A DNA stretch of 35,778 nt, taken from assembly GCA_026392555.1 (NCBI GenBank), contig JAPLBW010000028.1, positions 1 to 35,778 of the forward strand, read 5' to 3'. A program made the translations under genes and the position numbers. The DNA comes from Actinomycetota bacterium (lineage in GTDB: Bacteria > Actinomycetota > Actinomycetes > UBA12327). Shown piece by piece: positions 8,316 through 15,825 of this stretch (the first letter of the stretch is position 1; each line of letters begins with the position of its first letter). The notes under the pieces were generated by a model. It was given only the letters and a program-made list of their open reading frames with translations. It made no database searches and had not been told where the DNA came from.

Positions 8316-9074
8316 ATGAGTTTGCCCAAGGACCTTGCTGACCGCACGCTAGTGGAGATGGTCGAGCGCACCGGCGCGGTTGAAGTCCACGGCGAAGACG
8401 GTGGCGCTTACTTGACCTTGATGAGCCCGTTTGGTCCGGACCCCGTTGGCAAGATGCGGGTGTTCAAGTCGGACACGGTGAAGAAGATCGTCTACTGCGG
8501 GTTGACAGTGGAAAAATTCAAGATGGACACTCACATGATCTTCGGCTTTACCGCAGAAGACTCGCCTTTGCCGCACTTCACCTTGGACTCGGTGAACGCC
8601 AACGGGAGTTTGGCCTTTCACCTTGACCTGATCACGAAGGCGGAGTTGTCTGTTCATGTTCCCTATATGGACTACGTCTATGGCGGTTTGACAGACACGT
8701 TCAATGACACGATCAAGTGGGAAGGGCTCTCACGCGCGCAAGTTGGACCTCGTCAGTACGCAATGATGTCGCCATGGATGTTGGTTAGCCGCGCCACTGA
8801 ACCCACCTTCCGCCGGTTCTCAGGTGAGGATGATGACCAGGGCCGTGGCCCCGTCAAGACGTACTTGAATTACTGGCTTGACTTGGTCGATGCGGGGGTT
8901 CCCGATGATGTCGCGGCGACGGTGAGCACGGACGAAATCATGGCTCACGATCACAAGCTGCGGTACAACTTGTTCAGCCCCGAGGTTGACCCGGTCTGGC
9001 GTGACGTGGGCAAGATCGTGGGCGAAGACACTGCCGAGAAGATGCGCCAGATGCTCTTGTCGAATGCCTGGTAG
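8316..9074 (+). CDS. FDBR (PcyA-like) superfamily protein, subfamily 1 (paralog of 2293..3120)
   Basis: I chose the ATG at 8316 because of the strong RBS GGAGGAG 6 nt upstream and the length match to the paralog; the ORF track starts it at 8274. The core is MDTHMIFGF..PLPHFTLDSV..FHLDL, and the tail is SPEVDPVWRDVGKIVGEDTAEKMRQML. Confidence 0.6.
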   Translation: MSLPKDLADRTLVEMVERTGAVEVHGEDGGAYLTLMSPFGPDPVGKMRVFKSDTVKKIVYCGLTVEKFKMDTHMIFGFTAEDSPLPHFTLDSVNANGSLAFHLDLITKAELSVHVPYMDYVYGGLTDTFNDTIKWEGLSRAQVGPRQYAMMSPWMLVSRATEPTFRRFSGEDDDQGRGPVKTYLNYWLDLVDAGVPDDVAATVSTDEIMAHDHKLRYNLFSPEVDPVWRDVGKIVGEDTAEKMRQMLLSNAW

Positions 9075-9098
9075 GGGCAACCGATAGATTCATCGGTC

Positions 9099-10706
9099 AT
9101 GGAGACCGTCGAAGAGCGCATTTATCGTCGTCGCTGGTTAACGATGCTTACCCTGGTTTCAGGGTTGATCGTCGTGATCATCGACAACACGATCCTGAAT
9201 GTCGCGTTACCGAGTATCTCGCAGCAACTGGGTGCAAGCCAAGCCCAATTGACCGGTGCGATCTTGTCGTATGCCGTGGTGTTCGGAAGTTTGCAGTTCA
9301 CCGCAGGTGTCCTTGGCGACCGCTGGGGTCGTAAGCGCATCTTCATGATCGGGCTAGTTCTGTTCGGCCTGGCATCGCTGGCCGCGTCGCAGTCGCAAAG
9401 CCCGAACCAGCTGGTCGGGTACCGCGCGCTGATGGCTATCGGGGCTGCGATGATCACGCCTCAAACTCTGTCGATTTTGACTAACGTTTTCCCGCCAGCC
9501 GAGCGTGGGCGCGCGATCGCGATTTGGGCGGGATGCACCGGTGCCTCCTTGGCCCTGGGCCCCATCGTGGGCGGGTTGCTGCTGGATTATTTCTGGTGGG
9601 GCAGCATCTTCTTCATCAATGTCCCCATTGTTATCGGCACGTTCATCGCCGCGTGGTTCCTTGTTCCTGAATCAAAGAACCCCAACGCAGGCAAAGTCGA
9701 TCCGGCCGGCATTGCCTTGTCGGTTGTTGGTTTGGGCGCATTGATTTTTGGTTTGGTGTATGGCGGCGAAGAGCGTGACTGGTCGTCGGTGTTGTCCACC
9801 GGGATGATCGTCTTTGGTGTGGCTGTTCTGGCGTTGTTCGTGCTCGTGGAAAGCAAGATTGCGAGCCCGTCCTTTGACGTTCGCTTCTTTAAAAATCCTC
9901 GCTTTAGTGCCGCGTCGATCGCGGCTGGGTTTGCCTTCTTTGCCCTCTTTGGGATTTCGTTCTTCCTGACCTTCTACTTCCAATTTGTTAAGGGCTTGAC
10001 TCCTTTGCAGGCCGGGTTGTCGGTACTTCCCGTGGGAATTGCTCAGGTGATCTTTGCCCCGCGGGCACCCAAGCTCGTCGCGCGGATCGGACCGAAGTTC
10101 ACCATCGCTTTGGGGCTGATCGTTCTAGCGATGTCTTTGTTCGGCTACGTATTTGTCTCCATAGACGATCCGGTCTGGCACGTCTACGTCCTCGGGTTCT
10201 TCACCGGTGCAGGGTTGGCTAATGTGGTTGCGCCTTCTACTGAATCAGTGATGTCGAGCCTGCCGCCGGAAAATGCTGGGGCAGGTGCTGCGGTGAATAA
10301 CACGACGCGTCAAGTCAGCGGCGCACTCGGTATTGCTGTCTTTGGAACGATCCTGCAGGTGATGTATGCCCGAGCGATTCAGCCATCGTTAGTTTTCTTG
10401 CCTGAATCGGTGCGCGATCAAGCGAGTCGATCCATCGGTGATACCTACGTCGTCCTTCGCGGCCTTGCTGAGACGGACCCAGCCGCAGCGCAAAAAGCTG
10501 GTCAAGAGTTTTTGTGTGAGGCAGGTCAAGCGTGCGCTGCTGGACAGGCCTACCTCACCGGCGTTCACGTCACAGCGGTTATTGCAGCAATCTTTGCGCT
10601 TACTGGCGCGGCTGTGGTCTTGCGATACTTGCCACGGAAGGGAATGGCCGTGAGCTACACGCGGTCGGTACCCGATAGTGAGCCCAGCGCACAGCCTGCC
10701 GAGTAG
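9099..10706 (+). CDS. MFS transporter, DHA2 (EmrB/QacA, 14-TMS) type
   Basis: 535 aa. It shows IIDNTILNVALPSI, GDRWGRKRIF (MFS motif A) and many hydrophobic segments. Confidence 0.85.
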   Translation: METVEERIYRRRWLTMLTLVSGLIVVIIDNTILNVALPSISQQLGASQAQLTGAILSYAVVFGSLQFTAGVLGDRWGRKRIFMIGLVLFGLASLAASQSQSPNQLVGYRALMAIGAAMITPQTLSILTNVFPPAERGRAIAIWAGCTGASLALGPIVGGLLLDYFWWGSIFFINVPIVIGTFIAAWFLVPESKNPNAGKVDPAGIALSVVGLGALIFGLVYGGEERDWSSVLSTGMIVFGVAVLALFVLVESKIASPSFDVRFFKNPRFSAASIAAGFAFFALFGISFFLTFYFQFVKGLTPLQAGLSVLPVGIAQVIFAPRAPKLVARIGPKFTIALGLIVLAMSLFGYVFVSIDDPVWHVYVLGFFTGAGLANVVAPSTESVMSSLPPENAGAGAAVNNTTRQVSGALGIAVFGTILQVMYARAIQPSLVFLPESVRDQASRSIGDTYVVLRGLAETDPAAAQKAGQEFLCEAGQACAAGQAYLTGVHVTAVIAAIFALTGAAVVLRYLPRKGMAVSYTRSVPDSEPSAQPAE

Positions 10707-10714
10707 ACCATTCG

Positions 10715-11488
10715 ATGAACTCAGGGCTTGCACAAATCCTCGCAGTGATTGCGGCCGGCTTTAGTGCGGGCGCCATTAATGCGGTGGCTGCTGGGGGAAC
10801 TTTGATTGCCTTCCCAGTGTTGTTGTGGGCCGGTGTTCCGCCGTATTCGGCAAATATTGCCTGCAGCATCGGGTTGCTCCCCGGATATGCCAGCGGTGCT
10901 TATGGCTATCGCCACGTCATGGATCAAGTCGCAGCTATTCGCACGCGGTTAATCGTTGTCGTTTCCCTTGGTGGCGTAGTGGGAGCGTTGTTATTGATCG
11001 TTACACCTCGTGATTCGTTCACCGCCGTTGTGCCGTACTTGATTTTGCTCTCGGTCGGGTTATTTGCTGCGCGTCCTTGGTTAACACGCATGCTTCAAGC
11101 GCGCGGTTCGGGGCCACAGTTAGCCAGCGCCCGCATGAGCGTTGCTTTGGGTGTTTGCATCTTCCTCGCGGGCGCGTATGGCTCGTACTTTGGTGCCGCT
11201 TTGGGGATCGTGTTGTTGACCATTTTGGGCACGCTTTTGCATTCCAACATGAAGGCCAGCAATGGCATGAAGTCAGTGCTGTCGTTTTGCTGCGTAGCTG
11301 CTGGTGCTTGCCTCTTCATCGTGGCCGGCCGCGTGGATTGGCTCCCCGCAGCCCTCTTGGTGGCATCCTCCACTGTCGGTGGCTTTGTCGGTGCTCGCGT
11401 CGGCTTACGAGTCCCAGACGTGGCCTTGCGTTGGATCGTCATTGTCATGGGAACGGCTGCCTCAATTGGCCTTTTCCTCAAAGCCTGA
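10715..11488 (+). CDS. TauE/SafE (TSUP) family anion/sulfite exporter-like membrane protein
   Basis: 257 aa, polytopic. AGFSAGAINAVAAGGTLIAFPVLL at the N-terminus and a repeated half later (VGGFVGARVG) are typical of the TSUP family. Confidence 0.75.
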   Translation: MNSGLAQILAVIAAGFSAGAINAVAAGGTLIAFPVLLWAGVPPYSANIACSIGLLPGYASGAYGYRHVMDQVAAIRTRLIVVVSLGGVVGALLLIVTPRDSFTAVVPYLILLSVGLFAARPWLTRMLQARGSGPQLASARMSVALGVCIFLAGAYGSYFGAALGIVLLTILGTLLHSNMKASNGMKSVLSFCCVAAGACLFIVAGRVDWLPAALLVASSTVGGFVGARVGLRVPDVALRWIVIVMGTAASIGLFLKA

Positions 11489-11586
11489 GCCCACCCGAGT
11501 CCTTGCTCCATCGATCTCAGCGCGACCTGTCCTTCGGCCCCTGTTGAAGGGGACAAAGTCCCGCCTCGTCCGGATAGGATTGACTC

Positions 11587-11613
11587 CACACAGAAATGAA
11601 CGGATTCTGTGTG
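11587..11613 (+). promoter_or_regulatory. stem-loop in an intra-operon spacer (attenuator, terminator or operator candidate)
   Basis: CACACAGAA-atgaacgga-TTCTGTGTG is a perfect 9-bp stem. It sits among three CGGATT(n2)GTG-like direct repeats in the 173-bp gap upstream of 11662. Confidence 0.3.
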
Positions 11614-11661
11614 CACGCCGATCGGATTGTGCGTCAGGTCCACTTATAAGAGGAGGCTGCT

Positions 11662-12486
11662 ATGGGCGAGACCATGGTGTCTGTTGAAGAGTTGGTAGCC
11701 CAAAGTGGCCCCGTTGATGTCACGTGGGTCTATGAACAATGGCGCGAGAAGTTGGCCGTAATGATGGCCAAACTGCAGGATCGCTTTGAACTCGTGCCAG
11801 ATGAGTCCACCAATGGTTTAGAAATTGCTGGCGAAATCGGTTCGGGGATTCACGGGCAAGTGCAGTGCTTTGCTGGTCCGGAGATTGACTGGATGGTCTA
11901 TTCGTGGATGGCAGACCCCAAGAACGGATTTGCCAACATGCACATCACGATCAGCCCAGGACCACAGGTAGACGTTCCCCTCTTCGGCATGGCTTTTGCT
12001 TGCTTTGGTGAGCGTCCGTGGGGATTTATGGATTTTGGTGCCCGCCGCGAAGCAGCCGTTAACACCGACTATTACTTCAAGTACTACGAGCCGCTTAATG
12101 AGCGCTGGCTCAATGTTCGACGGGACAATCCGCAACTCGACTGGTTCATGTCGCCATCAGGGTATGTGCGCCAGGTGCTTTCGCCGATCGCTTTTTGTTA
12201 CTCCGGACCGCCTGAGCAAAAGACGGTTGACCTCATCCAAGGTGAAGCCGATTACATGCTTGACGAGTGGATGAAGATGTTCGATGCGGCCGACCCGGTT
12301 CCTGCGGATCAGCAGGACGAGTTGTGCCAATACACCGAAGACTGGCGTAGCACGGTGGCTCAGCTTGACCCAGCCAACAGCATCGCTGTGAAGCTCTTTG
12401 GTCAAGACATCTGTGACCAATTGGTGATGGCGCTGGGTGGAACGCAGCGCCAGTTACCCCATGCCGGCAAGTTCTGGACCAAGTAG
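11662..12486 (+). CDS. RCCR-like / FDBR superfamily protein, subfamily 2 (paralog of 7266..8078)
   Basis: 274 aa with RBS GAGGAGG 5 nt upstream. The blocks GPEIDWMVYSWMAD, VDVPLFGMAF, AVNTDYYFKYYEP, FMSPSGYVRQVLSPIA and LDPANSIAVKLFGQDICDQLVMALGG are collinear with 7266..8078. Confidence 0.6.
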   Translation: MGETMVSVEELVAQSGPVDVTWVYEQWREKLAVMMAKLQDRFELVPDESTNGLEIAGEIGSGIHGQVQCFAGPEIDWMVYSWMADPKNGFANMHITISPGPQVDVPLFGMAFACFGERPWGFMDFGARREAAVNTDYYFKYYEPLNERWLNVRRDNPQLDWFMSPSGYVRQVLSPIAFCYSGPPEQKTVDLIQGEADYMLDEWMKMFDAADPVPADQQDELCQYTEDWRSTVAQLDPANSIAVKLFGQDICDQLVMALGGTQRQLPHAGKFWTK

Positions 12487-12504
12487 AAATCCGACGAGAC
12501 GACA

Positions 12505-13500
12505 ATGAGTGAACAGCAGAATCTGGTCCGGTCCCTGTGGGATGCAGTCAAGGTAGAAGGTTTGGATGCGCCGTACGACACTGCGCACCTGCGGATTTAT
12601 TACGCAGCAACGAATCCGAACACTCTCGAAGTCGACATGTCGGGAATTATGCCGGCTGCCAAGCGGTCGCCGGCACCCGTCGTGTTGTTTCTTGGTGGCG
12701 TCAACATTGGTCAGGATTCGCTGCGTTGGTTGATGATCAACTTGGTGGAAGCCGGCTACGTGTGCGTCACTTTCGATCTGGTGGGCGAACAAATGCCGGG
12801 CTTCTACGGCACCACCCCAGGTCTTGATTTATCCGCTCTGCAAGCTGGTGTGTATGGCACGCGACCACCATCGATTGCCATTCAGCCCATCCTTGACCGC
12901 CTGGCTGTTCTCAATGCGGAGGGAACCTTGTCGGGCGTCATGGATCTTGATCGACTCGTCCTTGGTGGCCACTCCGGTGGCGGAACGGTCGCCTTGGAGT
13001 CGGCCCGTCGGTCGTACTTCCCGTCGTTGCGCGCTGTAGTCGCGTATGCGGCTCACACGGTGCCGGCTCAGGTTCTCGGTCACCCCGATGGCACGGTTCT
13101 CGAGTGCGCCTCGGATATTCCTGCCTTGTTGATGGCAGGCACCGAAGACGGAACGATGAAGCGCAGCGCAGCTCGGTACCCAGGGCAAGACCCAGCAACG
13201 TTCAATCCGATCGTCATGACTTTTGAGCAGGGAATTCCGGGCGGTCGCGATGATGCTTGGTTTGTTCAGTGGGATGGAGCCAACCATTTTGGGATGGGCT
13301 ATCCATTGGACCCGACCTGTGCTCGTGGATTTCTCGATAGCGAACCCACCACTGATCCAGCGCAGACCAGGGCTGATCTCACAGCGCTAGTTGTGGATTT
13401 TCTTAACGCATACGTTCGCGATGACTCGCAGGCTCTGGCTGCTCTAGAGAAGTTGCTAACTGATCCGCCTAAGACCATCGGGCAAGTTCGCTGCCGCTAG
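12505..13500 (+). CDS. alpha/beta hydrolase, chlorophyllase / PAF-acetylhydrolase / dienelactone-hydrolase-like
   Basis: 331 aa, starting 18 bp after the RCCR-like gene. PVVLFLGGVN..AGYVCVTFD is followed by the nucleophile elbow LVLGGHSGGG (GHSxGG, as in chlorophyllase GHSRGG). Confidence 0.6.
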   Translation: MSEQQNLVRSLWDAVKVEGLDAPYDTAHLRIYYAATNPNTLEVDMSGIMPAAKRSPAPVVLFLGGVNIGQDSLRWLMINLVEAGYVCVTFDLVGEQMPGFYGTTPGLDLSALQAGVYGTRPPSIAIQPILDRLAVLNAEGTLSGVMDLDRLVLGGHSGGGTVALESARRSYFPSLRAVVAYAAHTVPAQVLGHPDGTVLECASDIPALLMAGTEDGTMKRSAARYPGQDPATFNPIVMTFEQGIPGGRDDAWFVQWDGANHFGMGYPLDPTCARGFLDSEPTTDPAQTRADLTALVVDFLNAYVRDDSQALAALEKLLTDPPKTIGQVRCR

Positions 13501-13711
13501 CAGGTGCGGGTCATCGGTGCGGCGGCGTGGCCTATCGCCACCGCGCTAGGCACATTGTCCGTGGAGTTAGGTGTGGATTAGCCCAGATTCTCGGCTAGGG
13601 GTCTACGACCCAAGACCTGAACTGGGTTCGGGTCTAGACTAAAAACCAGTGAATGTTTCTATCTTAAGAACCGGCCGCAGTGTGTGAAAATTTCTGAGAG
13701 GTAATCAACTC

Positions 13712-14707
13712 ATGACCGATCTTGCGGCTAATTCGGATGCTGCAAATGCACCCATTTTTGTCAACTCTGGCGTAGCGGCGCCTAGTGAATGGCAGAAGAT
13801 CATTGAAGGCACGTGGCACGGCCGCCCGTCGATTTTTGACGGCGATGGCACGCACGTTGGTTACGAGAATGTGGCGCGAGCGAGTGAGTTTTCTAATGGG
13901 CAGACGCACTACTGGATGAACACCAAGTTTGACGGCGGTGGGCACCTGCGTAGTCGCCTTGAGCTCGGTGGAATGTTCTCCTTCGGTGTCATTGACTCCG
14001 ATCAAAACCGGATTTACACGGGGCCCGACTTCTTTGGAGCGGGGCAGCCGTATGGAACGTTCGTTGACTCGAACTACTACTCGCAGGGATGGCAGGCCGA
14101 CCTCGTTACCTGGAACTACATCATCCCGGGCACCGATGTGCAGGTGTATTCGTCGGTTTGTTACGACGGCTGGACGCCAGCAATCGTCTTCGACGGCTTG
14201 TACCTGCGCACCTTTGACCACGAGACTAATCCTGAGACCCAAAAGCGCATTCAAGAGTTCAAGGATCAGGAAGAAGCCCTCGGGCAGATGAATTTTGTGA
14301 CCCCGACGAAGGAAAAGGGAGCATGGAAGGGTTCTGTTGAAGTTTTCGGCGCTGATCAGAAGTTGATCGGTCACAGCGAAGTCGTGATTGAGCATGAGCC
14401 CATTGACTTGATTCGCTCGCGGCAAACGGTGACATGGAGTGGGGTCTTGGAGCGGCAGTACACCTTTGAGCGTGTGCGCCTTGAGCACAAGACCATGTTT
14501 CACGGCCCTGACGTATGGGGCAACCAGATGGCGTATGGCCGTTGTGCTTTCACCGCTCAGCACTTCACCAATGAAGCCACCAAGATCAAGGGCCGCGAGT
14601 TCATGCTGAACTACGACTACGAATTGGTCGTTAACTGGCAGGTCTTTGATGGGAATGCCCTGACGCACGTCGTCGTGGGCGTGCTGACCTGGGAACCTGC
14701 GGTCTGA
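13712..14707 (+). CDS. conserved hypothetical two-domain protein (tandem paralog 1)
   Basis: 331 aa, roughly 50% identical by eye to 14848..15825. Each half begins with a W-x-G strand (GTWHGRPSIFD; GAWKGSVEVFG), suggesting two calycin/lipocalin-like barrels. The antisense 381-aa ORF is Arg-rich and was rejected. Confidence 0.6.
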   Translation: MTDLAANSDAANAPIFVNSGVAAPSEWQKIIEGTWHGRPSIFDGDGTHVGYENVARASEFSNGQTHYWMNTKFDGGGHLRSRLELGGMFSFGVIDSDQNRIYTGPDFFGAGQPYGTFVDSNYYSQGWQADLVTWNYIIPGTDVQVYSSVCYDGWTPAIVFDGLYLRTFDHETNPETQKRIQEFKDQEEALGQMNFVTPTKEKGAWKGSVEVFGADQKLIGHSEVVIEHEPIDLIRSRQTVTWSGVLERQYTFERVRLEHKTMFHGPDVWGNQMAYGRCAFTAQHFTNEATKIKGREFMLNYDYELVVNWQVFDGNALTHVVVGVLTWEPAV

Positions 14708-14728
14708 CCCAGCCCTTGTCGGCTCTAT

Positions 14729-14761
14729 CCTTTGACCTGACCTTTGACCTGACCTTTGAAG
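14729..14761 (+). repeat. 12-bp direct tandem repeat (CCTTTGACCTGA x2.7) in the spacer between the tandem paralogs
   Basis: It reads directly as CCTTTGACCTGA CCTTTGACCTGA CCTTTGAAG. It begins 22 nt after the stop at 14707. Confidence 0.85.
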
Positions 14762-14847
14762 CCTTGTTTTGCGTGATTGACGGGCGATGTGGTCGCAGTT
14801 CAGGCACACTAAGGTGGCTTGACGACACGATCAGGAAGTAGGGATAG

Positions 14848-15825
14848 ATGACCGCGGTGAGTGATCGCCAGAGCAGTGCAGCTAGCGAGCCCAGCGAATG
14901 GCAAAAGAAGATCGCGGGGGAATGGCATGGTCGTCCCGGTTTGTTTGATCCTGAGGGCAACCACGTCGGCTATGAGCGCATTGCGCGCGCCAGTGAGGTA
15001 TTGCCTGACGGCACCACGGTTTACTGGATGAATGGCACCTTGGACGGTTCCGGGCCACTGCGCAACCGTTTCCAACTCGGCGCCGACTTCCGCTTTGAAG
15101 TCATCGACTCCGATGAGAACCGCGTGTACATGGGTCCTGACTTTTATGGCACGGGTCAGCCCTACGGCTTGTTCGTTGATGCGCACTACTACTCACCCGG
15201 ATGGCAAGCCGACCTTCGTACATGGAACCAAGTCCTTCCGGACGGCAAGACCCAGGTTTACTCATCGGTCTTGCACGACGGCTGGAGCGTGTGCGCGGTA
15301 TTTAACGGCTTGTACAAGGTTGTTGATGTTGGCGCGAATGATCAAGAGACCCAAGGCTTCATTGATTCATGGATCCGGGACGAAACAGAGCGCGCGCCTC
15401 GCCCTCATGTCTTGCCAACCAAGCAAAAGGGTGCGTGGACCGGAACTCTTGAGGTCTATGACGCCGCCTCACGGGAGAAGGTAGGCGACAACTTCGTCAC
15501 CATCGACCATGAGCCTTTGTCGCTCGTACGTACCAAGCAGACGATCACCTGGGAAGGTGCTATCAACCGCAAGTACACTTTTGAGCGCTTGCGCCGCGAT
15601 CAAAACACGACCTATGACGGCCCGGACATCATGGGAAATGCGCGTAACTACGGACGTGCCTTATTCACGAGCCAGCACTTCACCGGTGGTGACGTGTGGA
15701 AGATTAAGGGACGCGAATACCTGCTCGATGACTCGCAGTCGTTGAGCATTGTGTGGGAAGCATTTAAGGGCGACATGCTCACTAACGTTATTTTCGGACA
15801 GCTGGATTGGAAGGCACAAGCATGA
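14848..15825 (+). CDS. conserved hypothetical two-domain protein (tandem paralog 2)
   Basis: 325 aa. Blocks shared with paralog 1 include SEWQKKI.GEWHGRP, VIDSDENR.Y.GPDF.G.GQPYG.FVD..YYS.GWQADL.TWN, KGAW.G..EV and KIKGRE. Confidence 0.6.
   Translation: MTAVSDRQSSAASEPSEWQKKIAGEWHGRPGLFDPEGNHVGYERIARASEVLPDGTTVYWMNGTLDGSGPLRNRFQLGADFRFEVIDSDENRVYMGPDFYGTGQPYGLFVDAHYYSPGWQADLRTWNQVLPDGKTQVYSSVLHDGWSVCAVFNGLYKVVDVGANDQETQGFIDSWIRDETERAPRPHVLPTKQKGAWTGTLEVYDAASREKVGDNFVTIDHEPLSLVRTKQTITWEGAINRKYTFERLRRDQNTTYDGPDIMGNARNYGRALFTSQHFTGGDVWKIKGREYLLDDSQSLSIVWEAFKGDMLTNVIFGQLDWKAQA

Noticed and set aside
14729-14761. Possibility that the 12-bp repeat is a CRISPR array or a minisatellite-encoded peptide.
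   Set aside because: There are only 2.7 contiguous copies with no spacers, so it is not CRISPR-like. It is also outside any supported reading frame.
13664-14809. 381-aa minus-strand ORF, the longest ORF over this interval.
   Set aside because: It is antisense to 13712..14707. That plus-strand gene has a clear paralog next door, an RBS and normal composition. The minus-strand product is Arg/Pro-rich with no motifs, typical of a GC-rich antisense frame.
15807-15821. Upstream start for the SDR (MEGTSM...).
   Set aside because: The ATG at 15822 forms an ATGA overlap with the preceding stop and has a GGAAGG RBS. The SDR Rossmann motif then begins at the usual distance from the N-terminus.
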